A stretch of DNA of 52,380 bases, taken from positions 1 through 52,380 of the forward strand of contig JAKAUU010000008.1 in NCBI GenBank assembly GCA_021817505.1, read 5' to 3'. The first letter of the stretch is position 1. Every line of letters starts with the position of its first letter. This stretch comes from Candidatus Micrarchaeota archaeon. Its GTDB lineage: Archaea > Micrarchaeota > Micrarchaeia > Micrarchaeales > CABMGC01. Below the pieces are notes generated by a model. That model did not search any database. It was given only the letters and a program-made list of their open reading frames with translations, and had not been told where the DNA came from. This document shows, in pieces, positions 37,850 through 47,048 of this stretch. A program made the position numbers and the translations under genes.

Positions 37850-38701
37850 ATGGCGACAAAGTTCATAAGGGGCGCGGAACCAATAGGCAAACCTTCAGAA
37901 GTGGCATCTGCTACGGAGATGCATACGGAAGGCTCTGATAATAAGCTTGAGCATAGGCGTACTGTCATAGAGATGCACCTGCTGGTCAGCACAAAGAGGG
38001 GCTTGGAAAGGGGAAGCACTGTTACCGAAGAGAATGTTGCAAGAGCCTTGGAGAGCCCGATATTGGGCTATGACAGACCAAGGGCCGAGAGGGTAGCGAG
38101 GGAGCTGCTTGATGCATTTACAAAACCTATTGGCAGCGTTGCAACGAAGAATCTTGAAAAGGCAGACGACCTTGTAAAAGCGGCACTTCTTATAAGGGAT
38201 GATGTTACCTCGGATATAATGCATAGGGTGATTCCGAAGCTTGACAGGCAGCTGTTGGAGGCAATAACTGAAAAATTCGGATTGGAGAGAAGCAGGACAA
38301 GCATTGTTGACAAGATAATAGAGGATTGGGACAAGATAGGCCGGGGCACGATGTCGACCATATATACTGACTACAAAATAGGTTTTACCCAAGTTGCAAA
38401 GGCACAATTCGAGCGCGGATACGCGCTGGAAGGAAATAAAATTGATGATTACCACATTATGGCAAGACTGCTCCCGAGATTGAAACTGAACCCTTTCGGC
38501 TCGAGCAACGGCTCTCCTTCGAGAGGAAAGTACCATAATGGAAATAAGAAGTTTACCGGCAGTGATGGCACCAGATATGATGTGTACCATGCGGGATCAA
38601 GCAGAGGAGATCTAAGGGCAGATTATATTGTTACGAAGGACCATACTGTTTTGATAACCGAATTCTATATGCACAGCATCAAAAATAAGAATAGGGTTTA
38701 A
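37850..38701 (+). CDS. Hypothetical protein with C-terminal RelE/ParE-like domain
   Basis: Residues ~168-283: YKIGFT..AK.QF...L..NP...KKF.G....Y.....GDLR..Y.V....V.I..F..H. Confidence 0.6.
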   Translation: MATKFIRGAEPIGKPSEVASATEMHTEGSDNKLEHRRTVIEMHLLVSTKRGLERGSTVTEENVARALESPILGYDRPRAERVARELLDAFTKPIGSVATKNLEKADDLVKAALLIRDDVTSDIMHRVIPKLDRQLLEAITEKFGLERSRTSIVDKIIEDWDKIGRGTMSTIYTDYKIGFTQVAKAQFERGYALEGNKIDDYHIMARLLPRLKLNPFGSSNGSPSRGKYHNGNKKFTGSDGTRYDVYHAGSSRGDLRADYIVTKDHTVLITEFYMHSIKNKNRV

Positions 38702-38711
38702 AGCTCACGTT

Positions 38712-40166
38712 TTACTTTTTATGTCTTTTCTCCTCTGGTCTTACTGCAGGGAAGAGCATTACCTCTTTCATCGAAGGCACGTCCGTAAGGAGCATTATCA
38801 GCCTGTCCATCCCTATCCCGCACCCGGCAGTCGGAGGCATGCCATACTCTATCGCCTCTATAAAGTCCTTGTCTGACGGAGGTGCTTCGTCATCGCCTTT
38901 TTTCCTCTCTGCTTCCTGCTCCTCAAACTTTCTCTTCTGTTCTATCGGATTCGTAAGCTCAGAGTAGCAGTTTGCAATCTCCATCCCATTGACATACATC
39001 TCGAACCTTTCACTGAGGAATTTGTTGCCGCGTTTGTCCTTTGTAAGCGGGCACATGTATGCAGGGAAATCCAATATGAATGTCGGGTCTATTATTGTTG
39101 GCTTTATGTATTTGTCAAACAACGAGTCTGCAACGTGATAGTTGTTCAGTATCTTCGTGTCAAGCTTCTCCTCCTTGGCTATCTTCTTCGCTTCTTCGTC
39201 AGTCATCTTCGATATGTCTATTCCCGATAGCTTCTTGATTTCATCAACCCAGTATATCCGCTTGAATTTAGGTTTGAAGTTCAGTTCCTTGCCCTGATAA
39301 TTAAACGAGTAGGAACCATGTATCTGCTTTGCAAGGCCGGACAGCATCTCTTCCATAAGCCCCATGAAGTCCTCATAATCCTTGTACGCTTCGTAGAATT
39401 CAAGCATTGTAAACTCAGGATTATGCGAGGAGTCTACATCTTCGTTCCTGAAATCTTTTGCAAATTCATAGACCTTTTCAAACCCCCCTATGATCAGCCT
39501 TTTAAGATAAAGCTCGTTTGCAACCCTGAGGTAGAAGTCAGATTCTAGTGAATTGTAATAGGTTGTGAAAGGCTTTGCGTTTGCGCCCCCGTATGTCGGT
39601 TGCAGTATAGGGGTCTCGAATTCGATATAGCTTCTTGAATTAAGGAAATTCCTTACATAATCCATTATCTTTGACCTTGTCCTGAATATCTTCCTGATAT
39701 CCGGATTCATTATAAGGTCCAGGTATCTCTTCCTGTATCTTAATTCAGTATCGCTTATGCCATGGAATTTGTCAGGAAGGGTACGCAGTGATTTTGACAA
39801 CATGGTTGCCTTTCTTGCCTCTATGCTTATCTCCCCTCTTGAGCTCTTTGTTACGCTTCCCTCTACTCCAAGAATATCCCCAATGTCGATTAACTGCAGC
39901 ATCTCTAAAGAATCCTTGTCTATTACGTCTTCTCTTATTATCACCTGCAGCTTTCCGGATTCATCAAGCAGGTCCATGAATATTATCTTGCCCATCTTCC
40001 TAAGGCGCATTATTCTGCCGGCTAGACTTGCATCCTTTCCCTCATGCTTTGCAAAATCAGAGGTGATATCTAGCGCATGGTTTGTAACTTTGTATGAATA
40101 TGGATATGGATTGGTGCTTTTTGAGAGAAGCTCTTCAACCTTTTTTATTTTTGCATCTTCCGCCAT
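38712..40166 (-). CDS. lysS: Lysine--tRNA ligase, class II
   Basis: OB fold (AGRIM..R.MGK..F.DL.D), RYR.RYLDL, GGA.AKPF, FRNE..D..HNPEFTMLEFY, YGMPPTAG.GIG.DRL. Likely start is ATG 40166. Confidence 0.97.
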   Translation of the reverse strand: MAEDAKIKKVEELLSKSTNPYPYSYKVTNHALDITSDFAKHEGKDASLAGRIMRLRKMGKIIFMDLLDESGKLQVIIREDVIDKDSLEMLQLIDIGDILGVEGSVTKSSRGEISIEARKATMLSKSLRTLPDKFHGISDTELRYRKRYLDLIMNPDIRKIFRTRSKIMDYVRNFLNSRSYIEFETPILQPTYGGANAKPFTTYYNSLESDFYLRVANELYLKRLIIGGFEKVYEFAKDFRNEDVDSSHNPEFTMLEFYEAYKDYEDFMGLMEEMLSGLAKQIHGSYSFNYQGKELNFKPKFKRIYWVDEIKKLSGIDISKMTDEEAKKIAKEEKLDTKILNNYHVADSLFDKYIKPTIIDPTFILDFPAYMCPLTKDKRGNKFLSERFEMYVNGMEIANCYSELTNPIEQKRKFEEQEAERKKGDDEAPPSDKDFIEAIEYGMPPTAGCGIGMDRLIMLLTDVPSMKEVMLFPAVRPEEKRHKK

Positions 40167-40228
40167 CTTATCTAGACCTTTTGCTTTTATTGTAAACATT
40201 ATATGAATACGGGGCGCTATTTTATAGC

Positions 40229-40975
40229 TTATCTGTTAAAATTCCATTCCTCATTTTTATATACAGTCTCTTCCAGCTCTAAACTGCGCTCCTTCTCCTC
40301 TTTTGTAAGAGGCATTTCCTTCCAAACCCTTCCTCTCGTGAAGCTGTTGAAAAGCGCTTCTCTTAATTCGCCTATGCTCGCATGCGAATTTGTCTGCACA
40401 TCGGTTATCCTGTCCTCAGCGCTGTTAATCGTCTTGTCGGATAGCTTCTCCTTGCTGACGTTCAGCACTGAAAACATCTTCTTTACATCTGCTTTGTAAA
40501 TAACAGTACCATGGATCAGGACAGCGCCTTCTCTTCTGGTCTGTGCATTGCCCGATATCTTCCTCCCGTCTACGACTATGTCGTTTATCGGAGCGTATTC
40601 GGCCTTAACGCCAATGCTGCCAAGTGCATCAATAATCATCGATGCGGCGTATCTGTAGCATTTCTGTACACCTTGCGGAAGTTCTTCCTCTTTTGCAATA
40701 AGGCTGTAGGTTATCTCGCCTTCGGAATCATGATAAACGGCTCCGCCTCCGGTCATCCTCCGAACAAGGTCTATCCCAGCAACCTTGCATTGCTCTACGT
40801 TTACCTCTTTTCTCAGGCTTTGGAACCTGCCTATTGAGACTGCGCTTGGCTTCCATGAATAAAGGCGAAGCGTCATGTGCGAGTCGCCTTCAGATACCGA
40901 TTCTAGGATAGAATGGTCTATCGCCATGTTGGCGTATGCGGAATTGGATGAGTAAGGCAATGTTCTGAGTTCCAT
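40229..40975 (-). CDS. lplA: Lipoate-protein ligase, catalytic subunit
   Basis: NMAID, SIG.FQ, RR.TGGGAVYHD, NDI...GRKISGNAQ, HGT. Confidence 0.93.
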   Translation of the reverse strand: MELRTLPYSSNSAYANMAIDHSILESVSEGDSHMTLRLYSWKPSAVSIGRFQSLRKEVNVEQCKVAGIDLVRRMTGGGAVYHDSEGEITYSLIAKEEELPQGVQKCYRYAASMIIDALGSIGVKAEYAPINDIVVDGRKISGNAQTRREGAVLIHGTVIYKADVKKMFSVLNVSKEKLSDKTINSAEDRITDVQTNSHASIGELREALFNSFTRGRVWKEMPLTKEEKERSLELEETVYKNEEWNFNR

Positions 40976-41278
40976 TCACAACACCTGTCTTGACGTTGCA
41001 TCCCGTATGGCCGTGATTATCCCCTTGGCGGATATCCCAATCATCTCTGCATTACGGGAAGTTACAACATTTGTTATTATATCGCGGAGCTCCATATCAT
41101 TCATTGATAATGGCACGCCTTCAAGAGCCTTCTCCAAATCTACCACTAAGCCCTCAGGATGCATGAAGAAGTCTCCGGTAATCCTGAGCTTCTCGATCCT
41201 GTCAGAATATATGATATCGATGCATACAAGCTTCTCGCCAGGGAGCTTCTTCTCAGCATAGCCTTCCATAGTATTCAA
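40976..41278 (-). CDS. lplB: Lipoate-protein ligase accessory (C-terminal domain) subunit
   Basis: K.PG.KL, I..L.ITGDFFMHP....DLE.AL.G. Directly abuts lplA. Confidence 0.85.
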   Translation of the reverse strand: MNTMEGYAEKKLPGEKLVCIDIIYSDRIEKLRITGDFFMHPEGLVVDLEKALEGVPLSMNDMELRDIITNVVTSRNAEMIGISAKGIITAIRDATSRQVL

Positions 41279-41389
41279 GGTCTAAACGCAAAATATATAA
41301 ATAAGCCCGTATAATATCATTCAGTTAAACATACCCTTAATTGCAAGTATGTTTATTGCGCACTCTTTGCGCATATAATATTACAGGAT

Positions 41390-41842
41390 GTGAAGATGTA
41401 TTTCATAGTAAGAGTAACTGCGTCGCAGGAGAAGATAACTGCAGACATATTGCAGAACAAGTCTAAAGGCAAGGATAACGGAGTATATTCGATAATAATA
41501 CCGCAGGGAATGCGCGGCTATGTAATAATTGAGGCTAAGGACGAGATTTCATGCAGGGATCTGATATTGAATGAGCCGCATGTGAAGGGAATGCTCCCTA
41601 AGCCTCTGAGCGAGGAGGAGATAAACAAGATACTCTCTACAAAGCAGCAGAATCAGGATATCTCTCCAAACGACCTGGTAGAGTTCTTTGCAGGGCCGTT
41701 CAAGGGTTATAAGGCAAAGGTAATAAATACTGACCCATCAAAAGATGAGATTACAGTAGAGCTTATGGATGTCGCGGTGCCAATACCTGTGACTACAAAG
41801 TCAAACATGGCTCGCGTAATAGAGAAGGCAGAAAAGGTGTAG
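41390..41842 (+). CDS. spt5: Transcription elongation factor Spt5 (NusG)
   Basis: NGN domain (RVT..QE, GYVIIEA) and KOW motif GPFKG.KAKV...D....TVEL...A.PIPVT. Confidence 0.94.
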   Translation: MKMYFIVRVTASQEKITADILQNKSKGKDNGVYSIIIPQGMRGYVIIEAKDEISCRDLILNEPHVKGMLPKPLSEEEINKILSTKQQNQDISPNDLVEFFAGPFKGYKAKVINTDPSKDEITVELMDVAVPIPVTTKSNMARVIEKAEKV

Positions 41843-41844
41843 AT

Positions 41845-42312
41845 ATGGCAGATGCTATAATAAATGGATTAATAGAGGGAGGAAAGGCGACGAACGGAGC
41901 TCCGTTCGGTCCAGCGCTAGGTCCTCTCGGAGTGAATGTCGCAGCCATAATAGATGAGATAAACAAGAAGACTGCAGCATATGAAGGGGTTAAGGTGCCT
42001 GTTAAGGTGATAGTCAATCCTTCTACAAAGAAGTACACTGTAGAGGTAGGGGCTCCGCCAACAAGCGCGCTTATACTAAAGGAAATAGGAATCCAAAAGG
42101 GCGCTAAGACAAAGGATGAGATAGCAGGTAACATAACGATTGAACAGGTAAAGAAGGTTGCCAAGGCAAAGGAAGCTAAGATGTATGGCAATACTTTGGC
42201 AGACAGGGTAAACCAGATCCTCGGAACATGCAAGTCGATGAACATAACCTGCGAAGGGATAAGCGCCAAGGAGATGATTGCGAAGATAAAGAGCGGCGAA
42301 GTCAAGGTATAA
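41845..42312 (+). CDS. rpl11: 50S ribosomal protein uL11
   Basis: GGKAT.G.P.GPALGPLGVN, G.KVPVKV.V, PPTSALI.KE, GTC.SM. Confidence 0.97.
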   Translation: MADAIINGLIEGGKATNGAPFGPALGPLGVNVAAIIDEINKKTAAYEGVKVPVKVIVNPSTKKYTVEVGAPPTSALILKEIGIQKGAKTKDEIAGNITIEQVKKVAKAKEAKMYGNTLADRVNQILGTCKSMNITCEGISAKEMIAKIKSGEVKV

Positions 42313-42362
42313 TCATTCTGATTTTGCTTCCGTATGTTTGTAATGCATGAGCTTTGCTCTTA

Positions 42363-42809
42363 TCATAAGTGTATTTTTCTGTAAATAAAAAGCAAAATTG
42401 CAATTATGAATTCTACAGATAAAAGAAGCATTGTCCATAGCGATCTTTGCCAGAATGCACGATATTCTATCAATTTCTTTAAATCAGTAACATTTACGCT
42501 TATGTTATATTTGTTGTATACTGCCTGGCTATATTGAATAGATGATGACACGCATCCAGAAAGCGAATATTGCCCATGTTCTGCAAAATCCACCTTCTGC
42601 AGCAATGCGGTCCCGTTAATATAAGAAGGGGAGTTGGGACAGTTCAAGACTATCGGAGCATAGTTCAGATAGTAAAAGTAGGCCAAAGTCACAATAATTG
42701 CAAATATGTCCATTATAATAAGGCGGAATAAAATTTTCTTTTTAACAGAATCTTGCATCAATAACAGCATGGTTATATTTTTATATAAATTTTTTGTTTT
42801 TGTCTGCAT
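42363..42809 (-). CDS. Hypothetical membrane protein (2 TM flanking an extracellular loop)
   Basis: AT-rich ORF with N- and C-terminal hydrophobic segments, two Cys and sequons in the loop. Start uncertain. Confidence 0.55.
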   Translation of the reverse strand: MQTKTKNLYKNITMLLLMQDSVKKKILFRLIIMDIFAIIVTLAYFYYLNYAPIVLNCPNSPSYINGTALLQKVDFAEHGQYSLSGCVSSSIQYSQAVYNKYNISVNVTDLKKLIEYRAFWQRSLWTMLLLSVEFIIAILLFIYRKIHL

Positions 42810-42848
42810 TCATAATGGACAAAGCTTATGCTAAGCGGTTAAATATGA

Positions 42849-42965
42849 TGCCAAACAGCAATATGCTTTCCCACTCTTCCGAGCAGTATGTCATATCGTG
42901 AACAGGCTTAGCTTCCGAGTTCGGGATGGGTTCGGGCGTTTCCCTATTCCTATGGCCGTTTGACA
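42849..42965 (-). rRNA. rrf: 5S ribosomal RNA (stand-alone)
   Basis: Minus strand reads TGTCAAACGGCCATAGG...GAAACGCCCGAACCCATCCCGAACTCGGAAGCTAAGCC...TACTG...GGGAAA...GCTGTTTGGCA, with complementary ends, about 117 nt. Confidence 0.95.
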
Positions 42966-43021
42966 CAATTACTTGATATCATAAAATATATAATGTTTGC
43001 TATTGCTTCGCATTCTTTAGG

Positions 43022-43693
43022 CTAAATGCATACAATCTGTTTTAGCCGTGTTTCGAGGAAGAGCGCACGGTTGCCTTCTATCTCTATTAATTGAAGGTCT
43101 GTTCCCGTAGCGCATGGCGTAGCTGCAGTTTGGTTGATTTTTAGTGTGTAATTGTAAGAATATGGTGATGGGCCGCTGGGACCAACTTCGCATGCAAAGC
43201 ACCAGCCCCTTACAGTTATTGTTGCAGAGTTGTTATTTATTTTTTCTAGTGTAAAGTTCGAGGTTGCATTATCGATGTGTGTTACTAGACCGTAGCCAAG
43301 ATCTGTCTGGGTACATATATATGTCTGGTTCGGCATTGCAGGCGTTAGTGCAGTATCGTTGCATCCTGACATGCTTCCCGGATAGTTTGATGCGACACTG
43401 CCGCAAGTTATCTGCTTTTGGCTGATGTTATACTGCTGCCCGTTGCACAGATATCCTGTTATTGACTTTACGCACTGTGATTCCATATGCGTATTAGGAG
43501 CTGCAGGCATGCATAATGATCCCGAGCCTGCCCACACTATCTTGTTAGTGGTATTGTTTACCACTGCCAAGTAATATCCCTGTTGAAGGCTCGGACTGAC
43601 AGGACCTGCCCAGATTAGGGCATATGTGCCTGCCAGTGCCGCTATCCCAAATAGGAATATTATGAATTGCTGTTTCCTGTAAGGGTGCACCAT
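43022..43693 (-). CDS. Secreted/anchored Cys-rich hypothetical protein
   Basis: N-terminal basic + hydrophobic segment, about 10 Cys, many N-x-S/T sequons. Lies 4 nt downstream of the wHTH gene. Confidence 0.75.
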   Translation of the reverse strand: MVHPYRKQQFIIFLFGIAALAGTYALIWAGPVSPSLQQGYYLAVVNNTTNKIVWAGSGSLCMPAAPNTHMESQCVKSITGYLCNGQQYNISQKQITCGSVASNYPGSMSGCNDTALTPAMPNQTYICTQTDLGYGLVTHIDNATSNFTLEKINNNSATITVRGWCFACEVGPSGPSPYSYNYTLKINQTAATPCATGTDLQLIEIEGNRALFLETRLKQIVCI

Positions 43694-43697
43694 GTAC

Positions 43698-44588
43698 TCA
43701 TCCGAATATGTTGACAGGTTCGCGTATCGTTCCGTTGTATGGCTTGCTTCCTATGGTCAACAGCTCAGGACCTATCCCTCCGCCGCATGGACCATCGAAG
43801 TTTATCCAGTATGTGCCGTAGGATGCATTCTGGGCTATCGAGACGTATGCAGTAGTGTTTATGCTGCTGTTTGCAGCCTGGAAGCTCTTCGGACTATAGG
43901 TTATGTTCACTCCCTGATAAACATCGTCTATGCTATTGTTGTACCTTAATAGATAGTAATGCATCCTGGTGGTATTGTAACCTTGCGGCTCTTTGAGCGC
44001 ATTTGTTACATTTTCTGCAATGCTAAAACTGCCTGATGACCCTCTGTTTATGACATAATCTGTGACGTTGCGCGTTGTGTTGCCTGCAGTATAATTGAGA
44101 GTATACACGGAAAATCCGCTGGTTTTTGCTATCCGCCCTTCGATACTGTAGCTTAGGAATATGCATGAGTAAATTCCAGGTATCTGACCTGGTGTCACAG
44201 TCGCATTTGATGCGGATATCGCATTGTTTTGCATTGATACTGCAGCAGTAGTTGTGCTGTTGTTCGCCATATGGCTTAGTCCGGGATAGCTGGTCTGCGG
44301 CCTTCCCATATATGATAAGGCCATGTATGCAACTACTCCAAGTATGATAATGGCCCCTATCACTTTTGCAAACATTGAAGGGTAATTTGTAGTTGTTTTG
44401 TAGTATTTCAGTTTCTTGTAATATTCCGTATCTACCTTCTCCACTGCATTAATCCTTGTCAGCTCGTCTATGTGTTGGCTTACCGTTGCCTTTGAAAGAC
44501 CGAGCTCCTTGCTCAATTCAGTAATAGTCATCTTCTTGTTTTCAAGAAGCTCAAGAATCTTCTTCTTCGTTTCCAGCGTCCTGCTCAA
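43698..44588 (-). CDS. Membrane-anchored ArsR-type winged-helix regulator with extracellular domain
   Basis: TKKKILELL..KKMTITELSKELGLSKATVSQHI..L wHTH, one TM (VIGAIIILGVVAYMAL), then about 200 aa of sequon-rich, Ig-like sequence. Confidence 0.85.
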   Translation of the reverse strand: MSRTLETKKKILELLENKKMTITELSKELGLSKATVSQHIDELTRINAVEKVDTEYYKKLKYYKTTTNYPSMFAKVIGAIIILGVVAYMALSYMGRPQTSYPGLSHMANNSTTTAAVSMQNNAISASNATVTPGQIPGIYSCIFLSYSIEGRIAKTSGFSVYTLNYTAGNTTRNVTDYVINRGSSGSFSIAENVTNALKEPQGYNTTRMHYYLLRYNNSIDDVYQGVNITYSPKSFQAANSSINTTAYVSIAQNASYGTYWINFDGPCGGGIGPELLTIGSKPYNGTIREPVNIFG

Positions 44589-44649
44589 AAAATCACATAC
44601 GTAATGGGAAATTAGAATTTAAACCTCTTTCTGGAAAGTTAGGTTTTTG

Positions 44650-45333
44650 TCAGGTTCTGTCGCGCAGAAGATTCCTCATTACAGATATGAAATTCGACAT
44701 TTCTCCCGTATGAGGCATTCTTGCCATTGAACGCTCCGCTTTCTTCAAAGCATCTGCAGCTTCATTGAATTCCCTTATCGGTATTGAAACGGTAAGTGCC
44801 TCGTCTTTCATCTGAGTATGTTTATCATCAATCACATATGCGACCCTTGCCTGCCGCGACAGTCTGTACTCATCGTCAAGATAAAGGGCAAGAGTGTCAG
44901 ATATGCCGTATTTTGAGCATTTGGCAACAACCTTACCGGTTCCTAGGCTCCTATAATGGAATGAGGCATGCCCTTCAGGAATTTCGTTTAACTCCTTGTA
45001 AGTAGAACTTGAAAACGATCCGGTTTCGTCTATCCTGAACGGCCCGGTCGACCTTAAGCCGGTGTCTGCAGCCCATATCTCCCCTGCTTTATAGAGTTCT
45101 GACCTGAATATTGGGTCTTTGAAGAATCTTGATGCTATCTCTCTTACAAAGACCTGCCTGTACCCCGCAGGCATCTTATCATTAATCTCATTTAAGATCA
45201 TCTGCTTATCCGAGAAAAGTATCTGGTTTGGAACCTCATTTATCCTTTTTTCTAATGTGCTCATAATACCTGGCTCTTTTTCTGAGGCCGTTTTGGCCGT
45301 GCACTTGACTCTCTGATTTAGCCCATGCTGCAA
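44650..45333 (-). CDS. Hypothetical protein, lineage-expanded family (paralog of 51464 and 52049 ORFs)
   Basis: P.GY.Q....I...F..DP.FR.EL...G.IW....GL...G...ID..GSF pattern shared with the right-edge ORFs. Confidence 0.7.
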   Translation of the reverse strand: MQHGLNQRVKCTAKTASEKEPGIMSTLEKRINEVPNQILFSDKQMILNEINDKMPAGYRQVFVREIASRFFKDPIFRSELYKAGEIWAADTGLRSTGPFRIDETGSFSSSTYKELNEIPEGHASFHYRSLGTGKVVAKCSKYGISDTLALYLDDEYRLSRQARVAYVIDDKHTQMKDEALTVSIPIREFNEAADALKKAERSMARMPHTGEMSNFISVMRNLLRDRT

Positions 45334-45381
45334 CAGATATACGGATAATCTGATTTATAATAGTAATCTGCAGGCGTTTTA

Positions 45382-45540
45382 TGGATTATTTTAGAATGCG
45401 GGATAATATACTTCGTGTGGCTTCTTGGCATACTGTCTGGAATGGTTTACCTTGGAGCGCATTATCTTACGGGCGTGGTAGCAGTGGTTATACTCAGCAC
45501 AATAGTAGTACTGATAGTGGCAGCTATAAGGGCAGGATAA
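45382..45540 (+). pseudogene. Probable C-terminal remnant of a PAP2-family phosphatase
   Basis: Frame +1 relative to the listed ORF reads WIILECGIIYFVWLLGILSGMVYLGAHYLTGVVAVVILSTIVVLIVAAIRAG*, resembling PAP2 C3 SRxYLGxHxxxD. Stops lie immediately upstream. Confidence 0.5.
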
Positions 45541-45617
45541 ATGATTTCTTCGCAAACATTGCAAAGAGAATTATCCCCGGCTCTTTGACATAAAGTGGAG
45601 AGGTTAAGGCTACGCCA

Positions 45618-46985
45618 TCATGGCATTAGCCTCTTGTTTCCCTTATATCCTTTATCCAGCTTTGCCGTCCTTAGGAAATCCACCACCCTCTGGTCGGTCA
45701 TGATATGCCTGCGCTCGATCTCCTGCCTTAATGTTATGCCGTGCAGAGTAGTGCATCTGGATAAGGCAACATAGAGCTGGCCGTTTGCAAATGTGCCTCC
45801 GCTTATATCTATTACCACATCCTTGAAGGTCTTTCCCTGGCTCTTGTGCACCGTTACCGCCCATGCAGGAGCTATCGGATACTGGGTAAAACTTCCGACT
45901 TTTTTAGGCAGGAGCTTGTGCGCTATCGGATCATATGAGAATCTGAACATCTCCCATGTGTGCGGGTTCACACTGACCTCCGTGCCATCATTGAGCCTTA
46001 CTGATATCACGTCCTTTCCTCCCGGGTCAGGCCGCACACCTATCACTTTTCCTACGCTGCCATTCACCCATTGCTCCAGCTTATCATTATTCAACATCAT
46101 TACCTGCATTCCTTCCTTTACCTTAAGCAATTCGTCCGCAGGCATTGTCTTCTTGTCGAAGTCGCCTTCTATCTCTGCCGCGTATGTGTGCTGCGCCGCC
46201 CTTAGCCTTGCAAGCGCTTCTTCGTTGATGCCGTCTGCAACCCTGTTTGTCGTCGTAAGATATATGTAGGTCTTTGATGAATCTGGTACGAATCCAGGTT
46301 TTAGCCTTAGGTTAAGCACTGCAAGCTGCTCCTCTGTTATCTTGTTTTCGCGTATTGCATTAAGCAGCTCTATGAAGTACGGATCGGTCTGCCTTCGGTG
46401 CTTTTGCAGCTCTATGAAATGCATGTTTAGGGAATTGAATGAATTTGAATCGAAAAAGTACTGGCTTTTGTAATGGCTGCTGAACATTCCTTCCTCGTCC
46501 TTAGTCACTATTGGGGGAAGCTGGTACAAGTCCCCGACAAGAATCAGCTGCACGCCTCCGAAAGGCAGGGAGTGGTCCTTTCCGTTCTTCCGCATGAATG
46601 CATCCATGCAATCAAAGAGGTCAGCCCTTACCATCGACACCTCATCTATGATCAGGGCATCTATATGGGCATATATCTGACCCTGATATTGATGTAGCTT
46701 TTTTACAGTATCTATAGTTATGTCAGGCTTGAATCTGAAGAAAGAGTGTATTGTCTGGCCCTTTACATTCAGGGCTGCGACCCCTGTGGGGGCCAATATC
46801 GCTATATCCTTCTTCGTTATTGACCTGAAGCATTCCAAAAGTGTCGATTTGCCGGTTCCTGCCCTCCCTGTTATAAGAAGGTTATCATTCGTATTCTCCA
46901 TCAGGCTTAGTGCACTCTTAAACTGTTCGTCAAGCTCAATATTAGAACCGTTTAAGGAGAGCTGGGCTCCAAGATTCCCTTGCAT
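45618..46985 (-). CDS. PIF1-like SF1B DNA helicase
   Basis: ITGRAGTGKS, APTGVAA...GQTIHSFF, IDEVSMVRAD, GDLYQLPP, RRQ.D, Q.P...AWAVTVHKSQG.T, GQLYVALSR. Confidence 0.93.
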   Translation of the reverse strand: MQGNLGAQLSLNGSNIELDEQFKSALSLMENTNDNLLITGRAGTGKSTLLECFRSITKKDIAILAPTGVAALNVKGQTIHSFFRFKPDITIDTVKKLHQYQGQIYAHIDALIIDEVSMVRADLFDCMDAFMRKNGKDHSLPFGGVQLILVGDLYQLPPIVTKDEEGMFSSHYKSQYFFDSNSFNSLNMHFIELQKHRRQTDPYFIELLNAIRENKITEEQLAVLNLRLKPGFVPDSSKTYIYLTTTNRVADGINEEALARLRAAQHTYAAEIEGDFDKKTMPADELLKVKEGMQVMMLNNDKLEQWVNGSVGKVIGVRPDPGGKDVISVRLNDGTEVSVNPHTWEMFRFSYDPIAHKLLPKKVGSFTQYPIAPAWAVTVHKSQGKTFKDVVIDISGGTFANGQLYVALSRCTTLHGITLRQEIERRHIMTDQRVVDFLRTAKLDKGYKGNKRLMP

Positions 46986-47048
46986 GTGAGGATACTGTAG
47001 TTAAGCAATATAAAGAGTTTTGGAAAAATGCAGAATTATAGTAATTTA

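Noticed and set aside
45381..45593. 70-aa ORF in the track as a real gene
   Set aside because: No recognisable features. The overlapping frame looks more protein-like (PAP2 remnant).
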